A DNA stretch of 64,000 bases from contig NC_057723.1 of the NCBI RefSeq assembly GCF_004010195.1, forward strand, positions 45,254,324 through 45,318,323, written 5' to 3'. This DNA is from Chiloscyllium plagiosum (lineage: Eukaryota). Every line of letters begins with the position of its first letter. Position 1 is the stretch's first letter. Shown piece by piece: positions 12,110 to 25,679 of this stretch. Under the pieces are notes generated by a model. That model was given only the letters and a program-made list of their open reading frames with translations, did not search any database and was not told the DNA's origin. Position numbers and translations under genes: made by a program.

Positions 12110-13470
12110 CACACAAAAATACTAATTAGGAGCAGAAGTAGCCATCCAGATATACTTTGCCATTCAATATTTGATAATATTTGATTCTCTGGCTAAACTG
12201 AATCTACCTGCCTCCAACTTAAAAATATTCAATAATTCCAAAGTCACATGATCTTGTATGAGAAAACAAAATTCCTTCATTTCTGTCCTGAAATAGTGTC
12301 CCCTAATTCTGGACTGACCCACAAGAAAAAACATTGTTTTCAAATTCACCTCGTCAAAACCATTATTATCTGACTAATTTTAATCAAATCAATCATCATT
12401 CTTCTAAATGAAAGTGAAAACAAGTCATGCCTGTTCAATCTTCCCGTATAAAACAACTTATTTTAGGTGTTACTCTAGTAAACCTCCTCTGAACTGCCTC
12501 TAAAACATGTACATCCCTTGAGGAGTCCAAAACTGCACACTGTATTCAAGATGTGGCTTTAACAATGCCCTGTAAAACTGTATCATAACATCTTTAACAT
12601 TTTTTGTTCAATGCCTCTCAAGATAAAAGGTAGTATCTCACTCACCTTCTTGATTATGTGCTGTACCTATTCACTGTGATTCAAACACCAGAACACCTAA
12701 ATGCGTCCGCACTCGAAAGTCTGCAGTCATTTGCTGTTTAAGTGATATTCTGTTTTTCCTTCTTCCTGCAAAGTGAAAAACTTTGCATTTTCTCACATTA
12801 TTTCTCATTTAACCTATCCACAATCATCTGCATCCTTGACATGTCACTTTCACAACATACTTTCCAACGTTTCTTTGTGTCATCTGCAAATTTAGCCATT
12901 GTGACTCTGATAATCTAAGTCATTGATGTAAATCATAACATGTTGAAGATTCCTGTGGGATCCTATGCATCACATCATTGCCAATCTAAAGAATTTAGGC
13001 ATCATTTCTATTTTCTGCCAGCCAGCAAATCTCCTATCCATCCTAAAATGTTACTCCCTTTACCATGAGTTCCTGCTTTGTGCAGGAAACGTTTAGGTGG
13101 AACTTGTCAAAAGCCTTCTGGAAACGAAGTACATCATCTAGCTTCACTTTATTTGCAGTGCATTTTACACCTTTAAAGAATTCCAATTAATTGGTTAATC
13201 ACAATTTTATTTTGGCTCACCAGGTAGTCTTGGGTTTTTCCAAAGGCCTCATCATAACCTGCTAACAATTCATTCTGGCAGCTTCTCCACAACGTGTGTC
13301 AAACTAGCTGGCCAAGAGTTTCAATTTTCTGCCTCCATCCCTTCTTGAATACAGGGGTCATATTTTCTACTCTCCAGTCTAATAGAACTTTTCCAGAATT
13401 ATTGAATTTTGGAAAATTAATACCAATGCATCAGCTACCTCATTAACCACCTCTTTTTAGACCCTAGCTA
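12110..13470 (-). mobile_element. Old CR1 LINE (RT to 3' end)
   Basis: Minus-strand FQKAFDKF, AKFADDTK, PHLEYSVQFW motifs. CR1-type 3' UTR near 12120. Confidence 0.85.
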
Positions 13471-14289
13471 ATAAGTATTGAAAAGTAATTGCTTATCCTT
13501 TCTTGCCATTATAAAGAAATAAAATGAACATTGTTTACAGAATAATCAAGATATTTTTCATTATTGATCATATGCTTCTGATATTAGAAATGGTGACCAT
13601 TGTCTTGAATAACTTTCTAAGCAAAATCAAAATATGTACTGACACACAGATGGTGATTTAACATCAATATTTGGAACTTTTTTTTATTGAGTAGATTTTC
13701 TATGAAGTATTTTCAGAAAAATGACTTGTTATTAAAATGACTTCATGTACTTGTACCTTGCAGGCATTAGAAATATTTGTAAGTATGCCTGGTATGGGAA
13801 GTTTTATGATTAACTGGTAGGGTCACAGAATTTGGACCAGAGCTCTTGATTCAAGTCTCCATCAGGACATGTTTACTATGGTAGCAGAAGTCACGGTGTG
13901 GCTCAATGGTAATCAGCCTGGGAATGTTCCAACCATTTCCTCACTGGCCTCAAAAGGATAAAAGCCCATGTGAAGATGTACTAAAGAAAATGAGAATAGT
14001 AGTTACAGTAAGCCCTTATTGTACATTGTAAAGACTTTTTGAGCAGAGTTTCAAGTAATATATTTGTTATTTAGTTAACATCCACAAAACACAGTATTGA
14101 TTCCACACGATACAGATGTCCTGTCTGATATATAAATTTAACGAATTGTAATAACTATATACACCATATACTCAGGTCATCCGACAGCTTAGTGAGAAAT
14201 AGATTATTGATCTGAAGTCATTTCTTGTTTACTATATATCTACTTTTTTTTTTGCATTGTGTGAGAGGCAATTTCCTGTCTTCTATATT

Positions 14290-14790
14290 TTGCTTGACAA
14301 TTCAAGAACTCAATAATGCAATGATTGGGATCATTACAGACATTTCAGATGATATATTGTCCAATGCAACCTCTTCCAGTTGTACATCAGTATAGCTTAC
14401 AGCAGACAAATTCATAATTCTCTAGGCTGGGTCCTTGTGCACAAGTAAGACTGATATTTACCTTTGATACTAGCAAAGGTTATCAAACATCAGAACAGAG
14501 TTTCCAATTAAGAAAGCTCATAAACTAATTTGTTTCCATTGTTCCAGTAACATGCAATATCTTCATGATACAGTATCCAACTCTTTCTTAAATCGGTTCC
14601 ATGTGCTAGTGCCATTGACAGCTCATTTCCCTTTGCTGTTTATTGTCAGTGTAGATAAATATTTCCTGATATTTGTCTGAGGAGTTGAACCAGTGACCTC
14701 TTGTCCTACTGTTCTGATTTACTTTGCACTTATTTTCTTTCTCCCATTATTATATTATCTCTTAAAATTTCTTCAGTGATTTTTTTTATT
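14290..14790 (-). mobile_element. Very old CR1-like 3' fragment
   Basis: Minus-strand RGHWF..RQISGNIYLH and FKKELD-like remnants. Confidence 0.45.
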
Positions 14791-15337
14791 GAAACTGAAG
14801 AAACCTATTTTCTCAAGTCATTCTTTCAGCTGCCTCCCTTGTACTCCAGAATTAACATCATTTCTCTCCTTTGCACAGCCTCCAGAGACTTATGTTGTGG
14901 TGATTACCAAGGCACTGTATACATTCAGGCACAATCCCTTGAGGGTTGAGTTGCTACCATTAGAGAATATAAACTGACGTCTTATTTATCCCACTGGTTG
15001 TCATCTCGCACTGTTTAGAGATGGCATCACATGAGTCAAATTGCCTGTTTCAATTTACTTGCAGCTAGATTTATGTAAACAAAGAGGCAGAGGACACTTC
15101 CATTTTACTTTTATAAATCAGTATTTTGCTTTTGTTCATACAGAATTTTATTTGTCAGGTGAAATTTAAGCTGAGGTGATTTTGCAAAATCATGATTGCA
15201 TCCACAGTTACTTCTAGCTCAGTTTAATCTGCAAATTAAACAAATTTGTGCTGAGACTGTGTCAGAAACTTTAACTCCAAGAGTAAGAGAGAGATTTGGT
15301 GCAGGTAGAAAGGTAAAAATAAATTTAAAAATCATAC

Positions 15338-15408
15338 CTTACTCAACCCACCTCCAGTGTATCCACTTCTTGTTTTAATACACGTGAGTAGTGTTATCTT
15401 CTCTTTTT
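15338..15408 (-). CDS. Candidate 71-nt exon (KEKITLLTCIKTRSGYTGGGLSK) of unidentified host gene
   Basis: Minus strand: long U-rich tract ending ...tttgtttcttag|AAAAAGAG...TTGAGTAAG|gtatga. Single open frame; alternative donor 5 nt upstream would give 66 nt. Confidence 0.4.
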
Positions 15409-15941
15409 CTAAGAAACAAAAAAATGCAAATTTGTGACAGATAAATCAACAGGGGCTGGACTTTACCGAATGTTAGTCTTCACAATCATGCGAATACTTA
15501 CTTATTCTGATATCTCACCATTCTATATTGTCACCAATATTGTCAATATTACATCCATTTAAGTTGACATCAGCAAACCACCAGCCTAACCACAGCCACC
15601 ACTACAGGCCAAACACTACCCTGAATCTTAGGGACACTTATGATGTGCAAAGTGTCTGTGAGTTCACTTTGTAAACCAGGACAGGCATGCATCTGGATAT
15701 GATACGTTTGCATTGACATGAACACACTTTTCTGATGGATCTTAGTTTGCCGTCTTCCACTCAGTTTAGTGCCTGCTTATAGATTGCTAGCCTTGTCTGC
15801 TTCATATTGCATCCTTAGTGCAAACTGCCTTCAACACATGGTTAAAGGCTGCCAGCCTCTTTGGTTTGGATTGTCTTTGAGAAAAGAGGGAGAAGTGGGC
15901 AGCCTGTGACAGTGTGGAGCATTGAACAGTCAATCTTTCAG

Positions 15942-16096
15942 GTGAAAGTGAGGACTGCAGATGCTGGAGATTAGAGTCAAGAGTGTAGTGCTGGAAAAGT
16001 ACAGGAGGTCAGGTAGCATCCGGGGAGCAGGAAAATCGACATTTTGGGCCAAAGCCCTTCATTCCTGATGTGCTTTTCCAGCACCACACTCTCGAC
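15942..16096. mobile_element. Hairpin mini-Penelope element with TSD
   Basis: Arms GTCAAGAGTGTAGTGCTGGAAAAGTACA / TGTGCTTTTCCAGCACCACACTCTCGAC are near-perfect reverse complements. Flanks AGTCAATCTTTCAG (15928-15941) / AGCCAATCTTTCAG (16097-16110). Confidence 0.8.
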
Positions 16097-16329
16097 AGCC
16101 AATCTTTCAGTCAAGCAAGGGTGTATATATTACTGTACAACGCTATGCTTTGTCAATGTCATATTGCAGCATGTACTCAAAATTTACAAAGAAAACACAT
16201 TGCATGTGCATTCAGGAAGTGGCAATGTGAAAGTCAAAGGGGGCCTTTATATTTAAATATTAAAAATATTTGTATTTGATTGTGCATAAAGTGAAAAGAG
16301 GTGACAGCCAGGAAGGAGGCACCACAGCA

Positions 16330-16960
16330 GTCAGTCATGAGGCTTGTCCAATTACAATGCAGGGTGTTAGTCACAGTCAGTCAGTCTTGGTACCACCAAA
16401 GCCTGGGGATTCATATCCTTGCATATAGGGCTGGGCCACAGTCAGTCCCGTAGGTCAAATTTACAATGTCCGGGCAGTATAGCTAGGTCAGTTAGAGTGT
16501 TATTAAGATTTAACTCAGAGGAGACGGTGTTTGGGGTTTGTCAGGATTTCCTGCCAAGTTGGTCATGGAGATGGGCCAAAGTTAGTCCTGAGATTAGTCA
16601 AATGGTGGTCACAGGTCTTAGGATAGGATAGTCCATTAAGTTTTGGGGAAAGAATGCAACTCAAGTCCAGGGATGGTTTTCATTGTACTGAGTCTATAAG
16701 GGAATGGTCACTGTGCTGTGGGTAATTCAGATAGTAGGGTGAGACCACATAGAGAATGGAAGGGGACTGGGAGTTTACAACAGATCTTCAAACAGGTCGT
16801 AACATTTCTGACCTCTACATGGGAGGGTATGAGGTTGACACGAATATAAGAATTTTCAAAATCATTAATACTGGGATAAAGTGAGTCCATTGATAGTTAT
16901 GCAACAGGACTCAACAGAGAGAGGCAGTTGTTGAATGATCTTAAGGGGCAGAGACAGCAA
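16330..16960 (-). mobile_element. Probable L2-type LINE remnant
   Basis: G-rich plus strand with decayed endonuclease/linker-like composition; motifs weak. Confidence 0.3.
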
Positions 16961-17899
16961 CAGAGAAAGGAACAATTCAAAAAAGTGGATTTTGTCAAAG
17001 GCAGAGCATACAAGTCATTGACACTAAAATAAAGTCAGAACATCACCATGCTGGATCAAATGTCAATTCTGCATTAACTTCATAAAATGGCTGCCAATAC
17101 ACGCAAAGTGGATGGAGTAAAAGTATCAGATTTTGAAGCCCTCTTGTTAATTGCTGTAATCATGTCCTCACTGTTTAAGTAATACCACCCATGCAGCTTC
17201 AATTTACACTCCAACAGTAGGTTATACATTGTTCAAAGATGCAGATGAAAAATTATAGCCTTAAATGAAGTGCGTCATGGAACACACCAGGAGCCAAGTT
17301 TAGTGATGAGATGAGGCTGCTATGTCATGAAGTCAGGTCAAAACAGGAGACACAGCCTGGAGCAGAAAATTGGGAGAGAGTTGGGAAGCAAGGTCAATAG
17401 GAATCCCATGGCCACATCCTTATTTGTAGTCAGTGCAGTATTAGAGGCTGATTTGTAATGGCAAAGGATGCTGGCAAAACATGCAAATGAAGCTAAAGCA
17501 CAATTGGTGATGCAGAATCTACAAATAAGCCCTCAGGAGTAAAAGCTATAAAATCGGAATAACATTAAGTGGGAAAATGTTAAATGAGGACTACCAAAAT
17601 ATATTATGTCCTGCATGATTAGGAGGAAAAAGTGGCAGTGAGACAATGGACTGATATCACATGGTGCTATGGTTAGGTAATTCTTAAGGCATCAATCAGG
17701 ATATGGGTGCTGTGCAACAAAAGTCCCTCACGATAACTATCAACATTATAGGAATCCTGGTGAATCTCTTTTGCACCCTTCTATCATCGATAACTCTTCA
17801 AGGGTTCAGAGTGCATAGACATTGCTAAGCTGTTTGAAAGTTTATTTTACAATGATGCTGCCACATAGATGTCCTTCACATCTTTTCCTTGTCCTGTGC

Positions 17900-19850
17900 A
17901 TGCCATTATGAATAAGTCCAACCCTGGCTTCAGTGGATGAGGTGGAGGTAACCTATTTCATAGTGCTTATGATGATTTTGAAGATTTGAACAGCCATCCC
18001 CTGGTACCTTTAGGTTTGTTGAGGGTCTCATACTCAGATGTAATCTCACCCTCCACATCTTATACTGTTGTAATTCCAGGCAGGAGCAAGAGGGGATTTG
18101 GGGAAGATTGTGCTGAGGGTGTTGCAGGGCACCTCTAGAGTAAGCTGAGAAGAAGATTCTGGGAGCCTGCCTGATGCGACACCCTGTCTCTTCAAAAAGC
18201 AGAAGCACCTGCAGTGTTGACTTTGTCTCCCTCTCAATCTTGCCAAGGTGAAACCATCGAGTGCAGGTCTGAGTACATATCCATCAGCCACTGAGTGTTC
18301 ACATGGATCTGGGTCCCCCCATCCATGGAGGCAGGTGGGCATATGCTTGTTGCAGCTAGCACAAATTGATAACATTGATGACCTCCTTGATTATTTGTTT
18401 CAGTTTATTGAGAGCGAAACTGGCTGATGTTCCCATATCAATCTCAGCAAATTGAATCAGTCACTAATGACCAAGAACAAGGGATCAACTCAATTCTGAT
18501 GTTGAGTGTGTGCCTCATCTCTGGCAGTCCTCTAAGTGCGAGACACTTGGGGCATTTTTACTCAACAAGCTGTAGAGTTGTGTCAATCATATGTTCACCT
18601 AATTCCTGAGTCTCATCCACATAGAGTACCCACTGAAGTGGAAGTCTCTGTATTCATGGACTATGCCCTGCTTGAGCATTCTCTGAGAGTTCAGTGACTT
18701 CCTTTCAAAGACAGAGGAGTAGTTGAGGCCATCCAGAGTTGCCTTCTTTGATGATGTTCACTGAGTGTCCTTCATGTCAAGATGAGAAAAGAGAGGGAAT
18801 TAGTTGAAAAGGATTCATAAGAGCTTGTGCACATTAAGAGTGTGTTAGTGGTAACAGGTGAGCAGTACAGCATAGCAAATGAACCTCACTGGGTTGGTTG
18901 TCCATTGATGTCTTCCAGTTACCACATGAATGGTCCTACTATTTTCCAGTCTGACCCAGTCATTTCTCTTCACAGGGAATGAGAAGCCTAATATCTGCTG
19001 GCACCCATTCCCACCTGTCTTGGAGCTCCCAGCCAAGGTATGAATTGTTTCTTTTCCTGACATGAGGCAAAGGAAGGGACTGAGTATGATGGAAGTGAAT
19101 GAGAGACCAGCTATTGGTCATGCATGAGCAGGAATGGTAGTAAGGTACCCCTGGCCAATGAGTAGGAAGCAAAGCAGGCAGGAAAGATTAATAGTTTGGG
19201 AGACATAGGGTATTTGAGAGGCATGGAGTAGATTTGTATATGCATTACTGAGAGTTTAGGCTTAGTGAGATGGGTGTTCAGTGGCAAATTTGGAACAATT
19301 GCTGGTTCTGTGGGTGTGAGGTAGCAGAACAAAGATGGTGGCATTTGCTATTGTAAAGCACAGGTAATCATCGAATCTCTTTGCAATATGCATCGGTGTT
19401 CATTTTCACACAGGACACATCACCAACCTATGTTGTTATATGTATCCAGGCTACCTAGGTCTGTTGGCATGGTTTCTTTAGTTAGTCAGCAGAAAAAAGG
19501 ACTGCCTTCCTTTCCACCACCCCATCCATCAGCAACTCTACATCACTGTCCGGGAAATGGGGAACCTGAACTCACTTCCTCTGTGATGTTGAGAGGCAGC
19601 TCCTGGCTTGCGGTGTCCATAGTGGTGTGCAACTGGTGTTTAAATATAGCACTACAAGCATTCAAGCCAAGAGATGAACACTTCCACCTCAGTCACCATG
19701 CAATTCACTGTCAATTGCCAACAACTTGGTTGCATAATTAATGAGATAAAAATATGAAAAACGTGAAACAATTTGTCCCAGGTTACAGTAGACCAGACAT
19801 CATAAATTGCATACTTTAACTGCAAATGGGAAAAATCAGCTCAATACTTG
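17900..19850 (-). mobile_element. Decayed Harbinger Myb/SANT gene region
   Basis: Minus strand 19350-19620: MDTASQ...PHFPDSDVELLMDG.VERKAVLF...AWIHI...CKRFDD, a Myb_DNA-bind_5-like pattern (with frameshifts). Downstream low-complexity exon remnants. Confidence 0.6.
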
Positions 19851-20892
19851 CAGTAATTCTCTTCTCTGAGTGAAGAATTGCAGTAATCTGTCCTTTGATT
19901 TCTAAGCCTGCAGGCCCTTGTAGTTTAATATTAGTGGGCTGAATTTGATCTCAGCTAAGCTATGCCAAATTGTCTGCTAAAACAGAAAATGTGGGTGGAA
20001 TCTTATTGAAGTGTGAACGACATGAGCTATGGTTAGATTTGTGGCAAAATTGGATGAAGATGTGACGATCTCAAAGTCATTGCATGTTATATGCTTTTCA
20101 CAAGCAGCAGGGTGAGTTTTTCAAAGCAGTGACTTTCTTATTAAAGGGGACTATTGCTGGTTAAATGCCTTATTGATGGTCTAACTCACCTCATTAGTAT
20201 TCAGCGTCCTATCTTCCCAAACTCGGCAAACAAGTGAGACATCGAGAAAATCCAATAAGGAAACCAGAGCAGGTACCTGGTGGATTCGGCTCCTCACTTA
20301 CTCAAAATGACCCCCATGTTGAACACCAGGCACCGACATCTCAGAGCATGCTTCATGGGCACCAACCACATGCAGCTCATATCCACAGACATTGGCATTC
20401 GATTTGTGTTAGCTTCTAAAACCCATAATGCACTACATATTGGACATTGCTGCACTTCAGTGCTGCACCTCAGACTGCACTGATAACTATCATTGTAATT
20501 CAGTTACAAGGAAGCTGAGCACAGAGACATGCACACAGTACCTGGGCTGGAGCATCGATCTCCAGATTGATTGATTGCTCTTATATTGTTCACTTACTCA
20601 GAGCCTACCTGGATGCCTCCAGTGTCCCTGCATGCCTCAACAAGTTTCACTTTGCAACCTGTGCCAGAGATATCAGGCTTATAGTTCTTCTGTATTGCTG
20701 TGTCATTTAATGTTTACAAAAAGCCGGGAAGCTTGACATAGTTGTCAGCATGTCAGTCAAATCAAGGAAGTATATACTTTGCTCATGATTCCAGCATATT
20801 GCATCAAGAGCAGCCTCCAATAACCAACTCAGTGGCTGGGAAAATATCAGTCAGCCGCTCAGAGCAGTCAAAGTCAGGATGTTGACCACATT

Positions 20893-21485
20893 GAGTAATA
20901 GTGCATGGAAGCTGACGGTTCAGTCCAACCAGCCCAAGCTGAACATATTCCCAAATTAAACTGGCCCCATCTGCCTGCTCCTGGCCCATTTCCCTTTAAA
21001 TCTTTCCTATTCATATACTTATCTCAGTGTCTTTTAAAAGTTATAACTGTGCCTGTACCCACCACTTCCTCAGGAAGTTCATTCCATACGCGAATCACCC
21101 TCCATGTAAAAAAACTGCTCCTCATGTCTTTTTTAAATCTCTCTCCTCTCACATTAAGAATATGCCCCCAGTCTTGAAATCCTCCATCTTAAGGAAAAGA
21201 AAACTACCATTAACTCTATCTATACCTTTGTTATTTTATAAAATTCTATAAGGTCACCTCTCAACTTCCTACGCTCCAGTGAAAAACGTCCCAGCCTATC
21301 CAGCCTTTCTTTATAACTCAGACCTTCCATACTTGGCAACATCCTGGTGAATCGCTTCTGAACCCTCTCCAGCTTAATAACATCCTTCCTAAAACTTGGA
21401 GACCAGACTGGACACATTTTTTCAGAAGAGGCCCCAACAATGTCTTGTATAACCTCATCATGACTTCCCAGTTCATATACTCAGG
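20893..21485 (-). mobile_element. CR1 (HER1-like) 3' fragment
   Basis: ORF 21220-21417 WSPSFRKDVIKLERVQKRFTRMLP...LERRKLRGDLIE. Confidence 0.92.
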
Positions 21486-21569
21486 GCTGAGGAGTAGAAA
21501 GTTGGACAGCCCACAGCCTGTCCTTATTCTTTCATCCCTGTTGCAGGGTTGATGGCATCAGGGATGGGG

Positions 21570-22690
21570 TGGGTAATATCAGGTGAGTTAAGATTTTGTA
21601 GGCAATAGTGAGACTGGTAATGTAGGAGCCTTGGTGAGATGTGGGTGCAGTAGCATGGATAGAGTAAGTGTGATGTGTTGGAGAGAAAATGGTGCCACTT
21701 ACATTGTTGGAATGGATGTGATTTACATGGATTTCCAAAAAGCTTTGACAAGGTGTCGCATAGGACACTGCTGAATAAGATAAGAGGCCATGGTTTTAGG
21801 GGCAAAGTACTGGCAAGGATGGAGGATTGGCTCTCTGGCAGAGAGTAGGTATAAAGGAGTCTTTCTTTGGATGGTACCCAGTGACTAGTGGAGTTCTACA
21901 GGGATCCATGTTTGGACCACAACTATTCAAGTTAAACATTAACAATCTGGACAAAGGAACTGAGGGGAGTTTTGCTAAATTTGCAGATCACACAAAGTCA
22001 GATGGATAGGCAGGTAGTTATGAGGAAGTGGGAAGGCTGTAGAAAGACATGGAAAGACTAGGAAAGTGGGCAAAGAAGTGCCAGATGGAATACAATTTGG
22101 CAAAATGTGAAATTCCACACTTTGGTAATAAGAATAGAGATGAAGACTATTTTCTAAATGGGCAAGGCTTCAGAAATCTGAAGACCAAAGGGACTTAGTA
22201 GTCCTAGTTCAGGATTCTCATTATGCTAACATGCAGGCTCAGTTGGCAATTAGGAAGACAAATGCAATGTTTGCATTCATTTCAAAATGGTTAGAATACA
22301 TGAGCAGAGATGTACTCCTCAGGCTGTAAAGAAACCTCTGGTCAGACCACACTTAGGATATTGTAGCAGTTTTGGCCCTGTATCTAAGGACGGTTGTGTT
22401 AGAGGGGGTCCAGAAGATTTATAAAAGAATGATTATGGGACTAAATGGTTTGTCAGATAAGGAGCAGTTGAGCAGTGGACATGGCAATGTTTCTATTAGT
22501 AGAAGAGACTAGGACCAACGGGCATAATCTCAGAGTGAAGGGATCATCCTTTAGAACTGAGTTGAGGAGGAATTTCTTTAGCTGGGAATGGTGAATCTGT
22601 GGAACTCATTGCCACAGTGTGATGTGGAGGACAAGTCATTGATCATATTTAAGACAGAGAACAGATGGGTTTGTTTGTGTAGTACAAGAG
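21570..22690 (+). mobile_element. Older CR1 RT region
   Basis: VIYMDFQKALT, VTSGVLQGSMFGPQLF, AKFADHTK, LVRPHL motifs. Confidence 0.9.
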
Positions 22691-24194
22691 CATGTGTTAA
22701 CAGATTTAAGCCCATCCGATTTATCCTGTACATGTTCTGTAAGGCTGTTTTGTAAAACAAGTTAGGTGAATAATTGCTCCCTCTGTCCTTTTTCAATCTC
22801 TACTCATGACTATCAGTTCTTTCATTACCTGATATTTCTGACCTTTACCCTGATACCACTCCAACCAGATCTACAAGTCCAGGCTTAGCCTTACACAATC
22901 TTTTCCTACTTTCCTACTCACCTGCTTTTCCTACCTCCACAGCATACCTATTTGCTCCATTGTATTCCTTACCTTAAACATACAGCACCTACTCTTCTTT
23001 GTCTCACTTACCCCAAAACTGTGATTCTCACCACTGCACCCCAGTCTGGTCTATCCTTTTCTTGGAGTCCTTCCATCATCGATGATAACCATGTCTTTAA
23101 GTTCAATTCCCTACCATTCCTTTCCTTTAGAGTTCAGTCCCTTTCTGAGTAGAGTCTCCTGCTGAATTAAGCTCAGTTTGCTTGCCCTTGGCCAATTTTG
23201 CTGGCGTAAGCCAATGTGGCGGCCTTGTCTGAGAAGGCTTATTGAGCCAATCTGGCTTCACTCCTTGTACTGTAGGTTTTTAAGAACAGCAAATGGGCAT
23301 GTATGATTGAGACTTCTTATGCATTGTTTGACCTGGTCATGCTTCATTGCAACCATTTTCTCAAACAATCTGCATGATTATGAAGGAGCAAAAGAGGTTT
23401 TTTTACTGACCGGAGCTCAGGGGAAGATATCTACCCTATTAGGCATGCACTACATTTAGATAGTCAGGTTTCTGTCCACACTTGTTTCTAATTTTGTCCA
23501 ACATGATTGCTGAATTAAAAATAACTTGAATAGGTTATGGTGTTCATGAGTGAAACGCTAATGAATTCGGAAAAGGTTCATGACCATCAAGTTTGGTAAA
23601 GCCAGCCAGCAAGAAAAGTTCAGAGAATTTGTACCAAAACTTTAACCCACTAAAAAGAAACATAATTTTTGCCTCTCCCACATTAGGTCCTCTACGTGCC
23701 CATCCAAAAACTTGAGGTAAGGCCCGAAGTTTCCACCTAAGTCTGTGACTTAATACCAAAAGTTTGTAGGACTTTTGTGAAGCAGCTTTGGATATCTAAA
23801 ATAACAGAACACAAATTATTATTGTCAAAGCTGCATTGAGACAGATAAACATATAAAAGTGCCTCAGGACACTGACTATCTGTATGTAACATCAAAGGAG
23901 ACTTTGATATTTCTTCTAAAGGACAGAAGATCTAAACTGTTACAGTATCTAAGTTAGTAGCTGAAAATAAGAAAATAAGTGTAAGTGCTCATCCTTTGCC
24001 ATCATTTTTCCTCTTGCTAACCCTCCAGTGACTGATCAGTTTGCACAATTTGGGCATCCTAAAGCAGTAAAGTGAAAAGGTAGGGCTGTGCAACAAGAGA
24101 AATAAAAGGCGCAGGCTTCCACCATCAGTAGATCTTAAATCAGAAATGTGTGTGGGATGTAGGACGTGGGAAGAAGGACTAGATTTAAGAATAC

Positions 24195-24840
24195 TGATAA
24201 CTTTGATGCTTTCAAATCCCTCTGCTGCCCAATACCACATTAGTGGGCATTCCAGTAATGGCCAGCGCTATCTCTTCCATGAAGGTCAAGATCTGCAACT
24301 GTGCCAGCTCCTCATTGGTTAGCTTCTACTGCCTGTGGATGTACACGACCTTGGGCAGTAAGAGGGAGGGAAGCATGTTAGTGAGTGGTATGCAATGGCT
24401 GATGTAATTGCTATGGTTGAATAGCTGGCCATGTATAAAATTTGTGAGATATGGGTGTGGGGTTCACAGCAGTGAGGGTGTATTAGAAGCCATGAATTCC
24501 AGGTGTCCTGACTAAATGAGATAGTTGGCAGGTGAGTAATAGGGTGTCATGCATTCAGTAATTTTTCAGGATACAGCATTGAAAATGTAATCATTGACCT
24601 TAACTACTCATGTGAAGTTATTGAGTTCTTACCACCAAAGCATTTAGATCCTCAGGGTAAAACACCTTGCATTGTCCTCCAAGTTTTTTTTTTGCTTTGA
24701 GTGCCTTTTGATTTTGCATCTAAAGAGAAATCTGGTCCATTGTGGATAGATGATATTTGTCCTAATTTCCACCTAATCTTCTAAGGCTTCAAGTGCTGCA
24801 TCTGAAAACAATTGAGCCAATCTCTCCAATGTTGTGCCAT
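24195..24840 (-). mobile_element. Harbinger Myb/SANT gene remnant with intron
   Basis: Exon-like 24840-24598 (AQLFSDAALEALED.VEIR...NNFT.VVK|gtcaat) and about 24352-24200 (KVVYIHRQ...LQILTFMEEIALAITG). Confidence 0.6.
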
Positions 24841-25679
24841 TGTTCAATGTTTCACAGGCCAGAGTTACCTAATGCATACTTACCAGTTCCTGCTGAAGCC
24901 ACAGTGCATTTCCAATAGCTGTAAATAGTGCAGGCTAACATTAACTAGTGCTTGCGATATTTGCCCTCACCAATATAAATCAATAGCTCAGTTAGCAGTA
25001 ACAGGAAGTTAAAATTATTTAAAACGGAAGAGAGCATGAAGTCAGAGTGCTACCTTAATTGTAGATGACATGGGTGGGTTATCGCAAATCACCATGTTAA
25101 CATTTGTTTCTGAGGTAAATGAAGTTAATCTTCCCAACATATGGAACTTTACCAACATGCCTTCAAAAAATCTAAATAAGTTATATTCATTTGATTTCTG
25201 TTTCATTTTTCCTTCAAAACATTCACCATTTGAGATATGATCTTTTGCTTCAAAATGAATACAGATTAATTCCTTATGTCGTCAATGTTCTTGAAATAAA
25301 CACTGATAGCATCTTGTAAAATGCAATTGAGTATCTCGCTCGCTGCAGATGTGAGCTGAACCAATCAATAATTTCCACATTCATATCTGACTTCAGAGTG
25401 AAGACCATCTGCTGAAATTTTCTTTAAAAGAGTCACATACAGGATACTGCATTCTATTTTTAAATATACAGACCAAATTAGAAGTTAATAAACATTGACA
25501 AAAACAGTGGAGGAAATTTTCATGCATTTGTCCCGCTTGCCCATAATAACTTTAATAGAAGTCCAAATAAATACTGACAAATGGATTTTATTGTTTCTTT
25601 CTTGAGATTACAGAGGTTTTTACAATTTCAAAGTTATGGCTTCATGCTTAGATTTTACACATAGCAGATGACTCCCTTT

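Noticed and set aside
13763-13777. Plus-strand 15-nt microexon-like motif (ttgcag|GCATTAGAAATATTT|gtaagt); also a 50-nt one near 55670-55719
   Set aside because: Opposite strand to most candidates and no supporting context. Kept only as a reminder that such motifs arise by chance.
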